Part shown: piece by piece, positions 62,716-64,000 of the stretch | Layout: every line of letters starts with the position of its first letter | Numbering within the stretch: position 1 is the stretch's first letter | Assembly: GCA_963777605.1 (NCBI GenBank) | Contig: CAVZRV010000007.1 | Span: forward strand, 128,001-192,000 | DNA from: an uncultured Acidobacteriota bacterium | GTDB lineage: Bacteria > Acidobacteriota > UBA6911 > RPQK01 > JAPXNP01 | Direction of reading: 5' to 3' | Length of the DNA stretch: 64,000 nucleotides | The notes under the pieces: model-generated | The model's input: the letters and a program-made list of their open reading frames with translations, nothing else | Told to the model about the DNA's origin: nothing | The model's database searches: none | Translations under genes and position numbers: made by a program

Positions 62716-63888
62716 CTACGAAAAAAGCCCCAGCAATCCCTTTCTCTTTTTGGCCTTCTTGAGTCCGGTCAGGGCTTCGGCCAGGCCCAGGTAGCTCTGG
62801 GCCAGGTTGGAGTGGTTGACCTCGACGACTGCTCGGCCGGCATTGAGGGCCTGAATCGTGGACCGGTAGTTGTTCGGCACCTGCCAGAAGATCTTCTTCT
62901 TCAATGTCTTCTCAATATCTCCGGAACTGATATCCCCGCCCGACTGCGCCCTATTCAAAAGAAGCTTCAGCTTGGGATCGAGCCCCCCCTGCTCCAGGAA
63001 CTGGATCAGGTGCAGGGTCCTCCAGACCGCGGGGATCTCCGCCGTGAGAACCACCAGGACCTCGTCGGCCCGCTCGACCGCCGTCTGAAGGATCTCTTCG
63101 CTGATCGCCCCGGAAAGGTCGAGGACCGAGTGGGAGAAGGACTCGGACAGCACGCTGATCAACCGGGAGACCGACTGCAATGCCGACTCGGGCGAGGGCT
63201 CGATCCGGGCCTGACCCGCCAGGACATGAATTCCCGCCTTGGTCGTCATGAAGGTCTCGAGCAGGACCGGATCGAGCCGGGAGGCCGCCTTCAGGGCGTC
63301 GTTCAAGGTGTACTTGGGCTTGAGGCCCAGGTAGGCGGCCACGTCCCCCAGGGGATGGCTCAGGTCGGCCAGGGCAACCCGGGTGCCGGGCAATTCCCCC
63401 GCGGAGGCCGCCAGGTTGATCGCCACCGACGTCGACCCGCACCCTCCCTTGGCCGAGGTGACCGCATAGACCTTTCCGGCCTTTCTCTGCTTCTTCGGGT
63501 TCTCGGCCAGGTACCGTTCAAAGGCCTGCCGGACCGTATCGGGCGAAACCGGCTGGGTCAGAAACTCCCGCGCCCCGGCCCGAACGGCCTCGATCACCGA
63601 CTGGGCGTCGGTTGCCCTCTCCACGGCGAAAATCCAGGCCGCCGGCAAATCCTGCCGGAGGTGCCCGATCAAGGCCAGCAACAAGAGTGGCGCCGTCTCG
63701 GCCTCGACCAGGACGATCTCGGGTTGGGACTGTCTGAATTCGGCCCGGGCGGCACCCCCCCGAAAGGTCTGGCCGTCCGACTGGCCAACCACGATGGCCC
63801 CCTCAGGGAAGCACCGGGACAGCATCGCCCGGCTCGCCGGGCCGGGCGCGATCAGGCCGACTTTCGAGGACCGAGGAGAGGGCTTCAC
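62716..63888 (-). CDS. cpaE: Tad pilus localisation protein CpaE/TadZ
   Basis: Degenerate receiver ([10 protein letters not shown]) plus MinD-like [14 protein letters not shown]; true start may be ATG 63892 with a frameshift. Confidence 0.88.
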   Translation of the reverse strand: MKPSPRSSKVGLIAPGPASRAMLSRCFPEGAIVVGQSDGQTFRGGAARAEFRQSQPEIVLVEAETAPLLLLALIGHLRQDLPAAWIFAVERATDAQSVIEAVRAGAREFLTQPVSPDTVRQAFERYLAENPKKQRKAGKVYAVTSAKGGCGSTSVAINLAASAGELPGTRVALADLSHPLGDVAAYLGLKPKYTLNDALKAASRLDPVLLETFMTTKAGIHVLAGQARIEPSPESALQSVSRLISVLSESFSHSVLDLSGAISEEILQTAVERADEVLVVLTAEIPAVWRTLHLIQFLEQGGLDPKLKLLLNRAQSGGDISSGDIEKTLKKKIFWQVPNNYRSTIQALNAGRAVVEVNHSNLAQSYLGLAEALTGLKKAKKRKGLLGLFS

Positions 63889-63908
63889 TCATGGCCGTCC
63901 ACCTGGGT

Positions 63909-64000
63909 TCATCGGCCGTCTTCTCGGGACTTCACTTCCGAATCGAACGTTCCCTGGTCGAGAAAGTCACCCGGGAACGGCAACTCGGGAACCTGGTCGG
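63909..64000 (-). CDS. C-terminal fragment of the upstream Tad gene, probably the secretin CpaC/RcpA
   Basis: Reads ..DQVPELPFPGDFLDQGTFDSEVKSREDGR*; assignment rests mainly on position upstream of cpaE. Confidence 0.45.
   Translation of the reverse strand, partial: DQVPELPFPGDFLDQGTFDSEVKSREDGR

Overview
GC-rich bacterial chromosomal segment. Gene content (ASPIC/UnbV FG-GAP proteins, a multiheme-TPR protein, OB-fold/OmpA protein, Tad locus, many sugar enzymes) suggests Acidobacteriota; this is inference. About 50 CDS; no rRNA, tRNA or CRISPR array recognised. Contents: carbohydrate catabolism (GH29, GH97, KdaD-like dehydratase plus aldehyde dehydrogenase, dgoD, manA, Tat-exported TIM barrels, MFS, NagB-like), two sigma-54 two-component systems with three readable sigma-54 promoters, a multiheme cytochrome-TPR gene between two ASPIC/UnbV genes, a RAYT transposase flanked by REPIN-like repeats, and the 3' half of a Tad pilus locus. 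The most unusual element is a tandem trio of PilZ-AraC fusion regulators (54265-56711) with intact c-di-GMP motifs and near-identical DNA-binding helices, facing the Tad locus. Several genes carry single-base frameshifts, probably long-read errors. All calls come from manual motif reading; no database searches were run.
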